From positions 2,852,001 through 2,916,000 of the forward strand of contig CM039005.1 in NCBI GenBank assembly GCA_017499595.2: DNA of 64,000 bases, written 5' to 3'. Below the pieces are notes generated by a model. It worked only from the letters and a program-made list of their open reading frames with translations. It did not search any database and was not told the DNA's origin. How positions within the stretch are numbered: the stretch's first letter is position 1; each line of letters starts with the position of its first letter. Of the stretch, positions 12,450-25,266 are shown one piece after another. A program made the position numbers and the translations under genes. Origin of the DNA: Psilocybe cubensis. Its lineage: Eukaryota.

Positions 12450-15400
12450 AAAACATGAGATTTTAGATGGTGAGCCTTTTCCGTTTAAAATTCCCGCACC
12501 GTCTTGCTATCAACAGTTCAAACCAAAACACCTCATCACTATGTAGAAAAATTTGTTATATTTGAAAAATTCAATATTACATACGTTTTGAACAGAAATG
12601 CTTGTTTTGAAGCTTGAGTTATAGTAGGAAAACACAACTTTATTCCTGTTGGACCTTTGTGTATGTTAACGCTCAGGCATTACTGTAAGTCAGCAGTTTC
12701 CAGGAGGTAGTGTTCTGAACGACCTTCACGCTATGTGCTTTAAATATTAGCAACAGAATTTGCTTTTTGTTTGTTACTACGTGTTTCAATAGTCACAAAA
12801 TCAGAGTTAGATAACGAAGTACCTATCTGCCTTCGAGGTACGATGGGAATCCAGTACAATTTACTGTAGGGGTTAACAAAGGATCTAGTCCCTTGACCGG
12901 CCATCAACCTCTTCCAACACAGTGATCTCTCTTATCAGAAAGAGGCCGATTGTACACGCGGGTAGATTGATCGAGATTTTCTTTCGCCACTGGACGGAAT
13001 CGCGATTTAGAAGTGCTTCGTCCCTGCGGATTTGGATAATATACATGCTACGAACACCACAGTGACCTTACCTCCTCAACGAGGTTGCAGGACATAAACT
13101 CTGTTTGATTTGACTGGCATGTTTTGTAAAACATGTACGCTTCTGTATCGAGGTAAACAACTTAGCGCTCACGCTCTAAGCCTCAACCACACAGCATGCA
13201 CCTCACGCAGTGGAGTGCGTATCTATCTTCGCCTTTTGTTTGTGTGTGCATTGTCGGAGTTATCTACAGGAGACGTCGGATGGCGCATCTCCCACCCGAG
13301 GATGTAGAATTTCAACCGGAACTTAGGTTCCATTCCACGAGGTGTTATCTTTCGGTCTTTAGTGCGTCTTAAACCACCCAAAAGACGCAAAAAGGAAATT
13401 GCAATGCAACTTCCTGGGAAACGAGATGACATTCACGATTGTGTTTAGGTTGGAGAATTGAATCAGGTATTTCCTGGTAGGACAAAGGGCGGTTGTACCT
13501 CAGAGAACCTTAGAGAGCCTCATGTCGCGTGTTGTTATAACGTTCTTTGTTGTTTAAAGAATATATATACAAGTGACCCATTCAAGTATCGTTATCCCGT
13601 ATTTGAAGAATAGCAAATCATCTTACCCATACTCGTATCCCTCTTCCATCTTCTCCCCCATCGAGGACTCCAGCACGTCTAGCATGCCTACCTTTCGCAA
13701 TGCACCAAGAAAGTACCCAGAAAGTTCTCATCAAGCCAACGGAAAAGGCTCAAATCAAGCCAGCGGAGAAAACTCAAGTCAAGCCAACGGTGAGAAGCAT
13801 GCTGGTCATTCATCGATGTGCCACTCACAATGATTTATAATATCTGACGTCTTCTACAGATTTTATGGCATTCCTAGACTTTGGTATCAGCGACAATTAC
13901 CCCAGTGTTAACCCTGAGGACATGCTGTCCACAGGCCCCGTGTTTGATCCAGATCTTCTGGATTCATTGCATTCATCACTCTACATCCCTGATTTGAGCC
14001 GCAACCTTCATAACGAGCGATCCAAGTCAGCTCATTTCCCAACTTTAAGTGCCAACTCAGGGTTAAATATGGCGACGTATCCGACAATGGGTCGCAGCCA
14101 CACGTCACACGATACGCCGACTGTGGCATGCGCGTCAGTGGAACATCCTGTGTATGTGTATGCGTCAAGTGCTGGAGGTGCACCAACGTTTTTGAGCAGT
14201 CAGGGAGGGGAAAATGCTTGGACACTACCCATACTCCTGACAGCTTCGAAGATACGGAGTGATCCTAACGAGATCGATGGGATAGACGTAGAGATGGAGT
14301 CTGTCCCCGATGCTCGACGCGAGGAAGATATCGAGTGAGTTTCTTCCACTGCGTTTCCAGCGCTCTATCCGTCCGTTTTCTTACAATGCCACCACTCCCA
14401 CATAGCGTCGAAATGTTATACATCAGTGAAAAGATATTCGAGTATCCAGGAGGCCGTGATATTCTTACGACACCATTGGCCCGGAACCCTCTTCCATCGT
14501 CTCCCCCATCGAGGACTCCAGCACAATTAGCTCTTCTACCTCGAATAGCACACCAGATAACCATGCAACTGGTTCAGGTCAGGACATCAAGGGTGAGAAT
14601 TATGCCGGTTGTTCATCAATGTGCCACTCACAACGATTTTGCAGTGTTGACCTCGGCGGAATTTCTGCAATCGTTAGGCTTCGATATCAGTAGTCTTGAC
14701 CTCAATGGTAACATGGAGGTTATACTACTGTCAATCGCCCCGAATTCGAGGAAGCTCTTATATCGAGCACTCCGATCCAGCATATCTGCCTCCATCGAAT
14801 GCGAGTCAGGAGCTACCTATGACGAAGTATCCGACGATGGAAACTATCCAGACGTCACACGATACTCGCTACCGAGTCTCGTTCAAGGAGCCCAAGGAAA
14901 GGCGCCAGTCGGATGCCTAAAGGTCGCACCCGCGATCAAGATACGACGTATGCAGCGTTACTTTTTACACACCTGAGAATTCTCTAAAATTTGGCCTTTT
15001 TCGCAGAGATTAACGGAACCAAGGGTCACTGGACCCGTCAACCGTGTTCGGCGATGGCAATGGTGGCGGGCCTATACCAGGCGAAGTGAAAAAGGAGGGT
15101 AAACAGGGCAAGTGATATGATCACTTGCTATTCCAGAACCAAGCGCCAAAATCCCAGAAGAATGTGGGCCACCTGTGATACCTGCATGAAAAGGCGCGGA
15201 CAGACCAAATACTGACATTGGACCACAAAATAAACCCAAGTGAGTACTCACTCGTGTATCCTTCCCCAATCATAAACTGACTATTTCCCAAGTCTTTCCA
15301 TAGTCGATGATGCCTCGGAAATAGTCCAGACGAAAGAATCAACGTAGAGAGGAGAGATATGCGTAGTTATATCTTACTGGCGCGTCCTAGGAATCGATAG

Positions 15401-15930
15401 ATGTAGCACGCTGAGATTAAAGAATATGTTACCTTTAATGCACAATTTTCGAATCGATTGATCCTTTCCACCGTGAGAGTTTTTGTTATTTGAAATATAT
15501 TCAAAGCTCAAGTCGGCCTGAATGTATATACCATACTCTGCGTGGAAAATACTCTTATTATGCAAGGACATCCGCTTCGCATTATGCTTCTGGGAATTTT
15601 GTCTGATTCTGTGCGCCCCTGCACGTCAGCGGCAAGTCTTGTTGGGGTACGGCAATACTTGCCGAATAGATCATCATCATGAATCAATCGGAGCAAAAGC
15701 GGAGTTAAGAAGTCGAGGTTCAGCCGAGAAGTGCCTGAGGCCGGCATGACATGCCAAAATAATTTTGCAGTTCTCCAATGTGTCAAAGTTTAGTCTGATT
15801 CAGAACCGAAATTGTGGCTCATATTCGCTCATCTTCTATGTTGCAGCTATTTTACAACTCGAACTTGGTATAAGGTTCAAACCTCGCCTGCTCATAGCTT
15901 CTGTGACGGCCCAAAATAGTCAAATATTGA
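12450..15930 (+). repeat. Tandem segmental duplication, copy B
   Basis: Aligns to 8560-12160 but lacks the 9047-9410 insert. Confidence 0.9.
13684..15280 (+). pseudogene. Paralog of the 10088 gene (family member 2), probably disrupted
   Basis: It shares the MAFLDFGISDN.PSVNPED exon. It has an internal re-duplication of its own 5' part at ~14490-14720 and CGA>TGA at 15113-15115 in the frame that reads GKRYD in copy A. Confidence 0.5.
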
Positions 15931-17955
15931 GCGAAAAAAGTTGATATTATGATACCTACACTTGCCCCTGTCAATCTGGATTTATGGACATTTAGACATT
16001 TAACTGCGCACTACCGATACGTAGTATCGTGCACTTTGGAAAGCCAACGAGTCACGACTCGGCCCCACTCTTCCACAAATTTCCCACGATGACAATTACC
16101 GCCAGCTAATTGAAATCGCCAAGTCCCGAACGCACCCGACCTGCTTTTGACTCTTCACTTCCTTCCAATTCATCTTTGTTCAACCCTATCTAACGAAGGT
16201 CAGCCAACTTTCATGCCCATTGGTCCTCGACCGCACCACAGGATTCTGTAAAAATGGGGGTTTGGGTGGTGAGCCTGACCATCTGATATTCTAGCCCTGT
16301 CTCACCATCACCAGTTTCAAACCGACACACCACAACCCTACTGCGAAGGGAGCAACATATTTCGCTTTGCCAGTAACTTGATTCTCTGTCTCGCTCTTTC
16401 AATCCACCTCCAAGACGTGGTATCCATTCCTGATTGGTTGTTGTCTGATGGTACGCGCAGGTTTTTTTTACTCTTCGTTTGCTTGCGATACGTGATTCTT
16501 TTTTCCCTCCATCATCAGTGGGGCACGGACATTCCATAGGTTGCCTCAATCCCACAGTGTTGCACGTCGTACATGCTTCAAAGCCGCAATTTCGATTCGT
16601 AGCCTTAAGATCTTGCCTTATTCTCTGTCACCTTTATGCCTCACCACCCTCTATTCAATGTGCGTCATCGTGATGTAACCTGATCAAGTGGATATCGTAT
16701 TTCAATATTCAACAGGTAAGTGAACCATCGTGACCTTCCAAATTGAATTCGCTGTAGCACACTAGAACAGAAAAGGAACCAGTACAAATACCGGGCGCAC
16801 AATGGAGTAACGAGGACCCTGAATGAGGAAGGTAAGTGAGGGAATGTTCTTCAAAACCAGAGACAGCTCGTAAGCGTTGACTCTCTCTCGTTCGTCGCTG
16901 GTTAAGGGGACCCTCTGCGAACTTTCCTTGTCCATTTGATTACGGCGTGCCAGGAGTACCCCCATGTTCGAGTACCTGTGGGATTTTTCTTCCGAACTGC
17001 ATCTCAGATTGCTTTGGAGAGGCACTCCGTTGCTTTAACATGGTCATCTTGCGATGTTCTTCGTGTTTTCAAATCCACAAGAGTCTCCGTGCGGCCTCGT
17101 GTGCTTTACATATCTCATCTTTCGAGCTATACCTGGCAATTTCCTTGGATGAAATAAGTCACCATAACTTAACCCGCGAATTGAGAAAGTGGAACTCAAA
17201 ATCTCTACGTCAGATCTTATTGCCATTGAGCCGTTGCCCGTTTTTGGGCCCAGTAGGTTGCCGACGTGGTCAAGATAGTGGCGGGTAGAGCTTTAGTTAT
17301 TCAACTCATAGTCTTCCCAGTAGGGATCACCTGCAGGGCGTCTTCTACGAGATGGTTCCTCGAGAAAATTCAGGAATACGCTCTGAGTCCTCTGGACCCA
17401 GCGCAAGATACATTGGACACATATCTTCAAGGCTAGGAGACTTCGCCAGAGAACTTCTCGCATATTCAGTGAATGTGATGAAGTCTATTTTATCTGTCTG
17501 CAATGATATGCTAGCTGGCTCGTTGGATGACCAGCAGAATACACAGGATGGTAGAACGGAGAGCGGGAATTGAAAGGGAAAGCAAGGTAACAACGTCTGG
17601 GTTATTTGTCCCTCTATCATGTGTTAGAGCACTCCCAGCCTATGTGCAGACACGATGTCGAGTTGAAACTCTTAAATTGTATGCCCACCAATCGGAGTGA
17701 GCCTGACTCAACACACCATCAACACCGATATGCATCACCGTGACTCACCTGATCACTGGGATAATCCTACTACACGCTTGTGAGTGGATGTCAGACCACG
17801 ATGTTTTTAGCCTGAACAATGTTACTCTTATTTAAAGTCAGCAGATTAGACTGTTAGTGGCCATGGACATGAGTGCTGCTACAGATTACTAGTGAGAAAA
17901 ATATCATCGACTTGTGCGTGAAAGCTGCTTACTGGGTAAATGGTTTAAAGGGATA

Positions 17956-18447
17956 TTATCCCAGTTTTGTACACTCAAAAGACGCAATCCTTCGGTAACG
18001 GGGTGGGACACCAATTCTGGGTAGGTTGGCAACATCCCCGCTGAAAGATTGTTCGGGGCCTATGCACTCGATAAAGCTGGCAGGGAAAGTAAGTTAAAGA
18101 TGATGGACACACAGTGGCAGGAACTGACGCATAGAATGCACAAGAATAGCCAGAGGAAATTTCCAAACTCTCCGGTCTGTTTTGCCTACCGAGCGGGAGG
18201 TCGATACAAAAATCGGGGCCGGAATATATAGGAGAGTATGAAGTACCGCGGAAAGAGGTGTACTCATAAAATGTAATGGACATTTCATCGGGGTCCTGCT
18301 TTAGTGGAGTAGGCTACTGTATTAGTGAGAATAACATGAATATAGCGAACATTAACATACCCGCACAACAGTGGGAACGGCTTGTGCAACCATAGTCGAG
18401 GACAGTGCTCCAAAGAGCAGAGCAATAAGGTTAACAGTGAATTTCAT
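17956..18447 (-). CDS. Small secreted protein, beta/gamma-crystallin-like (killer-toxin-like) fold, 3 exons, intact
   Basis: Spliced product: MKFTVNLIALLFGALSSTMVAQAVPTVVR/DPDEMSITFYEYTSFRGTSYSPIYSGPDFCIDLPLGRQNRPESLEISSGYSCAFYA/FIECIGPEQSFSGDVANLPRIGVPPRYRRIASFECTKLG*. It has a signal peptide, a Y/FxxxxFxG Greek-key-like motif, 4 Cys and a terminal SFxC. Confidence 0.8.
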
Positions 18448-19212
18448 GTCCGTGAGAGCTGACAATGAAGAAATCGTTTGGGGTAGCGAGTCAAGCGATT
18501 TGCTGAGGACCTTTATGCTTGCTGGACGCGATTCCTCCAACTTTGACACAGAATGTATAAGAGTCTAATATTAATATTGACAAATCCAACATTGGAATGG
18601 AACAACCCATGAGCCGAAATCAGTGTGAAATTACAAAAATATTATTTAGTACTGATGTCGGAGGTTGTTAATTCTACGTGTTCTAACTTCTAAGCCTTAT
18701 TAGCATTCATTAAATACAAATGATTTTACTTCATAGAATATTCTAGTACAATCTCCGGGACTGAACTCCTATCCCAAGACTCCGTAGTACTTAAGGATTA
18801 GGTACACAATTAATAACAAACTTTTTGGATTCCCCTCTCGGATATAGCCTACGTCTCGCTCTCGCGCGCGCCCTCGTCGTCTTGTCCCCTGCGGTGATTC
18901 GAAGCTAGCGTGGTAGCTTACACCGCCATCTCGTCTCGTCGTGCTCCGTCTCGTTTCGTGTCTCTATCGTTTGGCTAGAAGCCGTGTGGAGCACGCTCGC
19001 TCACACACGCGTTCTGCGAGTCTTGTAGGTGTTGTTGGGTTGTTTCCCACGCCCTCAGGAGCTCGTTGAGCGTATCAGCGGCATATCTCACTGTAACACA
19101 TTCACATATTGTTGGCCAGGATGCCAGTAGACATATCCCAACTGCATTGGAGTACCTGATTTACCTTTAACCAAAACCAGTTCCAATCAATTGTGGTGAT
19201 TAGAGTGTGACA

Positions 19213-19516
19213 CAAGGGGCCCTCCCCGGAGCTTACCGAGAAATCAACCCTACCCTTGAGGTCAAGGGAGTGGCTGTGTTGCTGGTGCGGCAGAGCCTGA
19301 AGCTTGAAGGCCTGACAAGTCACAAGCAAAACTGCCATTGCACATAATTATATTGTGGTTCACGTAGACCTATGTGAACATATTGTAAGCCGACAAAGCA
19401 TGCACTTCTGTCGTCAATATTTGAGGTATAATCATTGGATTGTCGCTCAACACAGCCACTCCCTTGACCTCAAGGGTAGGGTTGATTTCTCGGTAAGCTC
19501 CGGGGAGGGCCCCTTG
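19213..19516. mobile_element. 304-bp MITE with perfect 69-bp TIRs and 8-bp TSD
   Basis: 19213-19281 is the exact reverse complement of 19448-19516 (CAAGGGGCCCTCCCCGG...). GTGTGACA flanks both sides (19205-19212 and 19517-19524). Confidence 0.93.
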
Positions 19517-19747
19517 GTGTGACATTTGCGAGTGTCAAGCTATGAAGCCACGTTGATACCGACAGGAGACCGCCGCTTAGACACTAGATATGTGACTTGC
19601 TTGTATTTCTCACAGGGCACCATAAAAATTGTTTGTTGACAGCCTATCTTATCTACTGGAGCATCTACATATTTATCTGTGCGTTTTTTAATCGCTTCGA
19701 ATTTCGAACGCATCATTTTCCATACATAATGCATAAAGGAAGATTGT

Positions 19748-19868
19748 CTAAAAGTCTCTTGTGCACACAAAGGACTTGATGTTTCGGAAAAGGACAGGGT
19801 CACCAGTTGTGGGAAGGTGGGAAACTTCCCCGCTTAGTGATCGTCCGTGGCCTTGGCATAGAACAAAG
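19748..19868 (-). pseudogene. Detached exon 3 of the second crystallin-like secreted protein gene (exons 1-2 at ~32209-32535)
   Basis: Encodes FVLCQGHGRSLSGEVSHLPTTGDPVLFRNIKSFVCTRDF*, which is colinear with exon 3 of the 17956-18447 paralog and is preceded by a TCCAG acceptor. Confidence 0.9.
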
Positions 19869-19959
19869 CTGGACACCTGTAATTACCCTGCTTATATATA
19901 AAACCCTTGCACTGCAATAAAATGCTCCATACATGGCAGCAGGCACTTGCTGCATGGAT

Positions 19960-20500
19960 AATCTATTATCCATTTACTTAGTCTGCCTATCAATTATCCA
20001 TTCCGTTATCCAAGAGCCTTGTTATCCATTATCCATTCCCGTGTGCGCCATTAACAATTGTTTCTATCCATTGTCCGCCGTATCATCCAAAGGGTACATT
20101 ATCCATAGCCCCGCTTCATGATCCAACAGCCGTTATCCATTTCTGTGCGCGCCATTAATAATCTATTCCATCCATTGTCCGCTGTATTATCCAAAGGGTA
20201 CATTATCCATAGCCCCGCTTCATAATCCAACAGCCGTTATCCATGTCTGTGCACCCCATTAATAATCGATTCCATCCATAGTCCGCCCTCTTATCCAAAG
20301 GGTATATTATCCATATACCCCTGAATTATCCAACTGCCCACTATCAATTTCCATGCAAACCATTCATGACCCGCTCTATCCATCATCTGTATTCTTATCC
20401 ATGGGTCATTTCCCCCTTTCATACCACGATATTCATTGCCCTGCGATTATCCAAGAGCCGTTTATCCACTCCCCTGCGCCTTATTCAACACTATCTTCCA
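19960..20500 (+). repeat. Left subterminal array: about 3 copies of a 104-bp unit, dense in TTATCCAT/ATCCA
   Basis: atccata recurs at 20101, 20205 and 20309. Confidence 0.9.
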
Positions 20501-20692
20501 AGAAAACAATTACAATTCCAAGAAAACATACACTATAAATATACAGAATCACTAAAAGGATGTCAAGATGTACAAGGTACGTTCTGTCTGCATCAGCTGG
20601 ATGCGAGCGCAATAAAAAGCTCAAGAGAATTGAAAAAAACAGTCTGAATGTCCAAGATCACGTGTCAAAAACAAATGCCAGCGCATCACGCC

Positions 20693-23544
20693 TCAAGCCT
20701 TCGCTTTCTTTGTTCTTTTTTCCTTCCCAGTTTCCTCCGCCGCCTTCCTCTTGTTGTTCAGTTTCGCCTTTTGGAAGGTGTTGAAGGTGTTGAGTAGGTC
20801 ACTTACTGCTAATTCCCAGAGACCATCCGAGGCTTGAGCCGAGTACCACCACTTTAACCCAACCATCACTGTCAACAGCCCATTGGGTCCACCTTTCCGT
20901 AACGAAGCCATTGAATCTTTTGCCTTCGCAGTCTCGAACGACAACGGAAGGGAATTCGGGGTTTTGGTTTGACGCCACGCCGGCTGTATGGAGTTCCACC
21001 AGGTCATCCATGACTTCTGAAATTCGTCTTGACGGATAGCTGGGATAGCGGTGTATTTGCGGGATGAGGAAAGCCATTTCCCGAGGGCTGTTGGTCTGCC
21101 TTTCGCGGGGAGCCTCAACTGCAACGGTAATCAGTATCTTTATCTGCTTTTGTGCATGATCCGGGACTCACAGAACTCGTATCCATCTCAGCAATTTCCA
21201 TTCTCTCGAAACTCTCCCATGCGCGCACACATTCCTGCCATTTTTCTACCTCGATATCTTTGAATAGATATTCACTCGCTGCCAACAGCCATGCTGTGGT
21301 CTGTGGAGCATCCTTCGAAGCTGCTGCCTTTCTGTTACGACTACGCGTTGCACTGGCGTCCAAGTTCTCGCTTTTGTCTGGAGCCGCAGTCAAAGGTGCA
21401 TGCATGCCACTCTCGGGAATAATTGGATCGTTTACTGCATGGTTGGATAGAACTCCAGCTGAGTTTGTGGCGCTGAGCACTGGCGCTGACGTCTGGGCAG
21501 GGACTATGGTGTGAGGTGCTGAGATGGAATGGTTTGGGTCCAATAGCATCGGTGCGTTTGCCTGTCCTGCCATCATATCCTGACTTTGTAACATTTGGCC
21601 ATGTAAACCAGGAAGCGTCACTGTGTTGTTTGTGTTGAGGGCAAGTGCGGTTCCCATCATGTTTGGATCCGCTGCGTACTGTTGCAGGGCCAGGTCAATT
21701 CTATCCCATTCCTCTTCTGAAAAGTTCAAGGTAAGTCCATCGCCCCTATTCGCATCACCCGCTTGTAGCCGCATCATATCCTGGCCTACAGCAGCTGTCA
21801 ACTGGTCTATGTCTTGGCCACCAACTCCATCCGTCATAGAAATGGCAGCACCATAAGGCAAGAACGCAGCAACTGGATTTGGGGCCACCTTGGCCTGTTG
21901 AGGTAGAGGATTGGCAGGCGGAAGGAAGTTTTGTGCCTCAATGGTAGCGTGGGTAGCACCATTTGTAGCTGGGTAACAAGGTGGGCTTGGACTTGCCACA
22001 CTTTGAGTCGGTTGCACCTGAGCTGGTTGGACTGTGCTTTGTGTCATGACAGGAGCCTGAGCAAAGCCGATGGCCACCGCCGGCGCCGCTGTCATAGAGG
22101 CCATTGCAGTCTGTTGTGCGGCCTCAGGGGGAGTATGAGCTGCAGTTATGGTGTTTGGAATAGGGCCAGAAAGCTGAGCGGCACTTCCCATGTGAGCATT
22201 GGTTGATGAGATGGGTACTGATGCAGCTGTATAAGTTGGATGGAAGGGCACCTGATTGATAGCAATTGGAAGGCCAGAAAGCTGAGCGACACTGCCCATG
22301 TGAGCATGGGTTGATGAGGTGGGGACCAACGCAGCTGGGTCGGGCACCTGATTGACAGCGATTGGAAGTGCATTGCTCTGAATCTCTGGTTGTGTAGTCA
22401 CAGGGGGAGTTGTTTCCGACAAGACATTTTCTTGCCCTGCGTCGCCGGTTTCAACTTTGCTGGTACTGGCAACTTGGTTCTCTTCTGGCTTTGCCTTTGA
22501 GCTATTGAGAGTTTGTCGGTCGCGATCCTCTTGCGCTAAAGAAAATGGTTGATTAGGTCACTATGTGTTAGAAATACAGATAAATTGCTCACAGAAAACA
22601 TTGTATAAAAAAAGTCTGAACGGCGATAGCACATGTTGGTAAAAATGTTCATTCGCAATAGAAAACAGTTGTTCATATTTGTCTCGACCGTTGTGGACAG
22701 CGACAGTACGAATTTTGCCTTGATCAGCAGGCTCAGGTCCTCCAGCAATTACTGTGAAAACCCATCCGGTACGACTGCTCATTTCATCTATAAACGCTTG
22801 GATAGTTTCCGGCAATGTCAAGAGATTACTAACTTTGTATCAGTAAGACTTTAGCACAAAGAATAGATCACTTACATTGCGCATTCTTCTGGAGACATGA
22901 CTTCCGGCATGTCAGGAATTTGTCCCTTCAGCTCCTTGAGCTTTGCCAACTCGGCACGAATTTCCGCCTTTACCTCATCAGACTCGTCATTCCAGGCCTC
23001 CCCGGTGCACTTGTTGATGATTGCAATTCGGTGACCTTCAGGATTGGTGCGGAGAGCCTCTATTACTCGTGGCCTAATGCGTTCATCATAATATTTCTTG
23101 GAATACAAATTTGTTTCCGAGAGAAGTCGGGGAGCGTTGTTGCCACCAATAACAATGGTCGGACCTCGCCGATGTTGGGTGCCGGCCCCACGATTATTAA
23201 ACCAATTAACAATTTGCTGTTACAAATATGACCTCGTCAAAGAAACTCATACACTAAGTATGAATTGTGCTTACGTTTTTCCGCAACTTAACCCATTCTG
23301 CATGAGAAAGTTCGGTTTTCGTTTGAGGCAAAACAACAGGTGCATTTTTCTTTTTCTTCTTCTTTTTTGGAACAGTCATTGGTCTAACTTCAGCCTCAGG
23401 CGTAGGCCACAAGACAAAAAATTCTTGGTATATTTTTGTCCAAAAATTGGGGGTGGTTTTTGTACGCTGGGACGCCTGGAACTCAGGAACCTTGGCGGAT
23501 AGAAACTCAATTTGTTCGGGAGTCCCCCACGGTAGCGGCGGCAT
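20693..23544 (-). CDS. Transposon accessory protein 1 (about 5 exons): homeodomain-helix-like and HMG-box-like segments, low-complexity middle, Trp-rich C-terminal domain
   Basis: Colinear exon ORFs 23254-23544 (FWTKIYQEFFVLWP), QIVNWFNNRG, 22872-23108 (YSKKYYDERIRP...EAWNDESDEVK), 22561-22821, 21115-22422 and 20693-21124 (WWNSIQPAWR...GGPNGLLTVMVGLKWW). Confidence 0.75.
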
Positions 23545-23846
23545 TTTGATCTAAGTATAGCAGTTGTTCTAAGAATAAATGAATGTCAAATTGTTTGTTT
23601 TTTAAGCGCACGCAAACTCACCTCAAATAACAGAGTTAGACTTAAGGTCCAGAAAATGCAGTAAGACCTTCTAGCTACTTCTTCGATTTGACGGCAATAG
23701 CTTGCTTACATTATTGAGAGATTCACCGCAATTTACCGTGTAACTGTACAGTTGCTGATGCTTCTTTGGACTCTGCATATAAAGATGCTCCTATCTGCCG
23801 CAATCTTATCCTTAACTCCCTACTCGCAAAAAAAACCTCTCACAAA

Positions 23847-24916
23847 ATGGCTCAACAAAGTACACCTCCCCCAACTCTCCCTAATTCTACCGTCCCTCCC
23901 TCTACCGCCCCTGCAAGCCGTATAATGTCTACCCGTGTTGGCGACGTTATCAATCTCCTTCTTGCACTAAACAATGCTGGTACGTGCCCATTTTTGAGTT
24001 TCATGTTAATTTCAACTTGTTTACATTTAATCAGGATTAGAAGTTGTTCGTACACCCGATGGCGTTGATCATGCTTCAGGGTTGGAAAACCTTGCCATGG
24101 GGGAGCTTATCTTGATTCTCCAAATCATGGGCATTCATGTCAAGGGTAATCGCGCTACTGCTGCACCCCCTCCTCCTTCTGATAGTAAGTCATCTTCGAC
24201 TCCCTTTAACCTAATGTTTTATTTAATTGGACTGTAGGCCGTGATCCCTTGGTCCAAGAGATTGAACAGATGGTTATTTCATCTGCTCGTCGTCAGGCTA
24301 TTAATCTTTTCTTTAGGCTTACCAATGGGCCGTTGAGTAAGTGAACACTGTTCATACTATCATGCTCAGCACAATCTAATTAATTTTAGCCGTCCCACCT
24401 GTCATTCTTGAAGAGTTATCATCAACTGTGGCTCCCCCTCCTTCGTCTGTTGAACCACAGGCCACCGTCACTGATCCTGCCCTACTTCCTCCAAAGTCCC
24501 AGTCTGCCTCCGACACTGTCATGCCCAAAGGCTTTGTGTGCATGTCCTGCAACACGTATAACCCTATTCGCCCATCTGAAAAGCCAGTCTACGTTGTGTT
24601 TTGTGGTACAGATGTGGGGGTCTTTGACCATTGGTATGTTCCACATTCTTTTGAGATTGCATTTTGCTCAATTTAACACATATTTAACAGGAAAGATGCT
24701 CAGAGCCTTGTTTCTGGCATATCTCATGCTTGCCATTGTCGTTATAATAGTCGCGAGGAGGGTGAGAGGGCGTTCCAAGCTGCTTTGACTGCCGGAAAGG
24801 TTCGCATACTTGGTAATCCTATTGCTGCGCCTGGAGCTATTGTCTCTTCCTTGTCCCCAAATGCCCCCAATGGCACCTCTGGCTCCTCCAGCGAGGCCTC
24901 TAGTAGCTCGGATTAA
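23847..24916 (+). CDS. Transposon accessory protein 2 with CxxC motif and RNase H1 N-terminal (Cauli_VI, hybrid-binding)-like domain
   Basis: MAQQSTPPP start. The spliced C-terminus reads GFVCMSCNTYN...VYVVFCGTDVGVFDHW/KDAQSLVSGISHACHCRYNSREEGERAFQAA, matching YxVxxGxxxGV(F/Y)xxW...V.G.......(F/Y).S.EEA. Confidence 0.75.
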
Positions 24917-25266
24917 TGAGTAGACTTACTCCACCCTCGGGGTTTTTCCTTTTCCGTTCAATATCGTGTAGACAGCACCATTTGTCACCGCGTATGAAAA
25001 GTTTCCCCGCACTTTTAGTAGCACCACTTGTATCTCTTGTACATCTCATTTTGATTTCTTGTCTGTGTTTCCGAATATATCTTGAACTTGTGCTGCTCTC
25101 CATATCCGTGTGAATGAAATCTTCAATAATCAAATAAAATATTATTGAATGTCTCTTTTGTAGAGTCATTATATTATGCCATGTACCCCCATGCACCGTA
25201 GCTTCAATGTCGAACGATATACAATGATGTTTGTACTATATTAAAAGTCCAATAGAAGTAATAACC

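Noticed and set aside
16210-17620. Run of minus-strand ORF fragments, possible pseudogene
   Set aside because: Many stops and no recognisable motif or consistent splice model.
18760-19100. CpG-rich segment ending TGTAACA, possible solo LTR
   Set aside because: No matching 5' TG boundary with a TSD and no second copy in the window.
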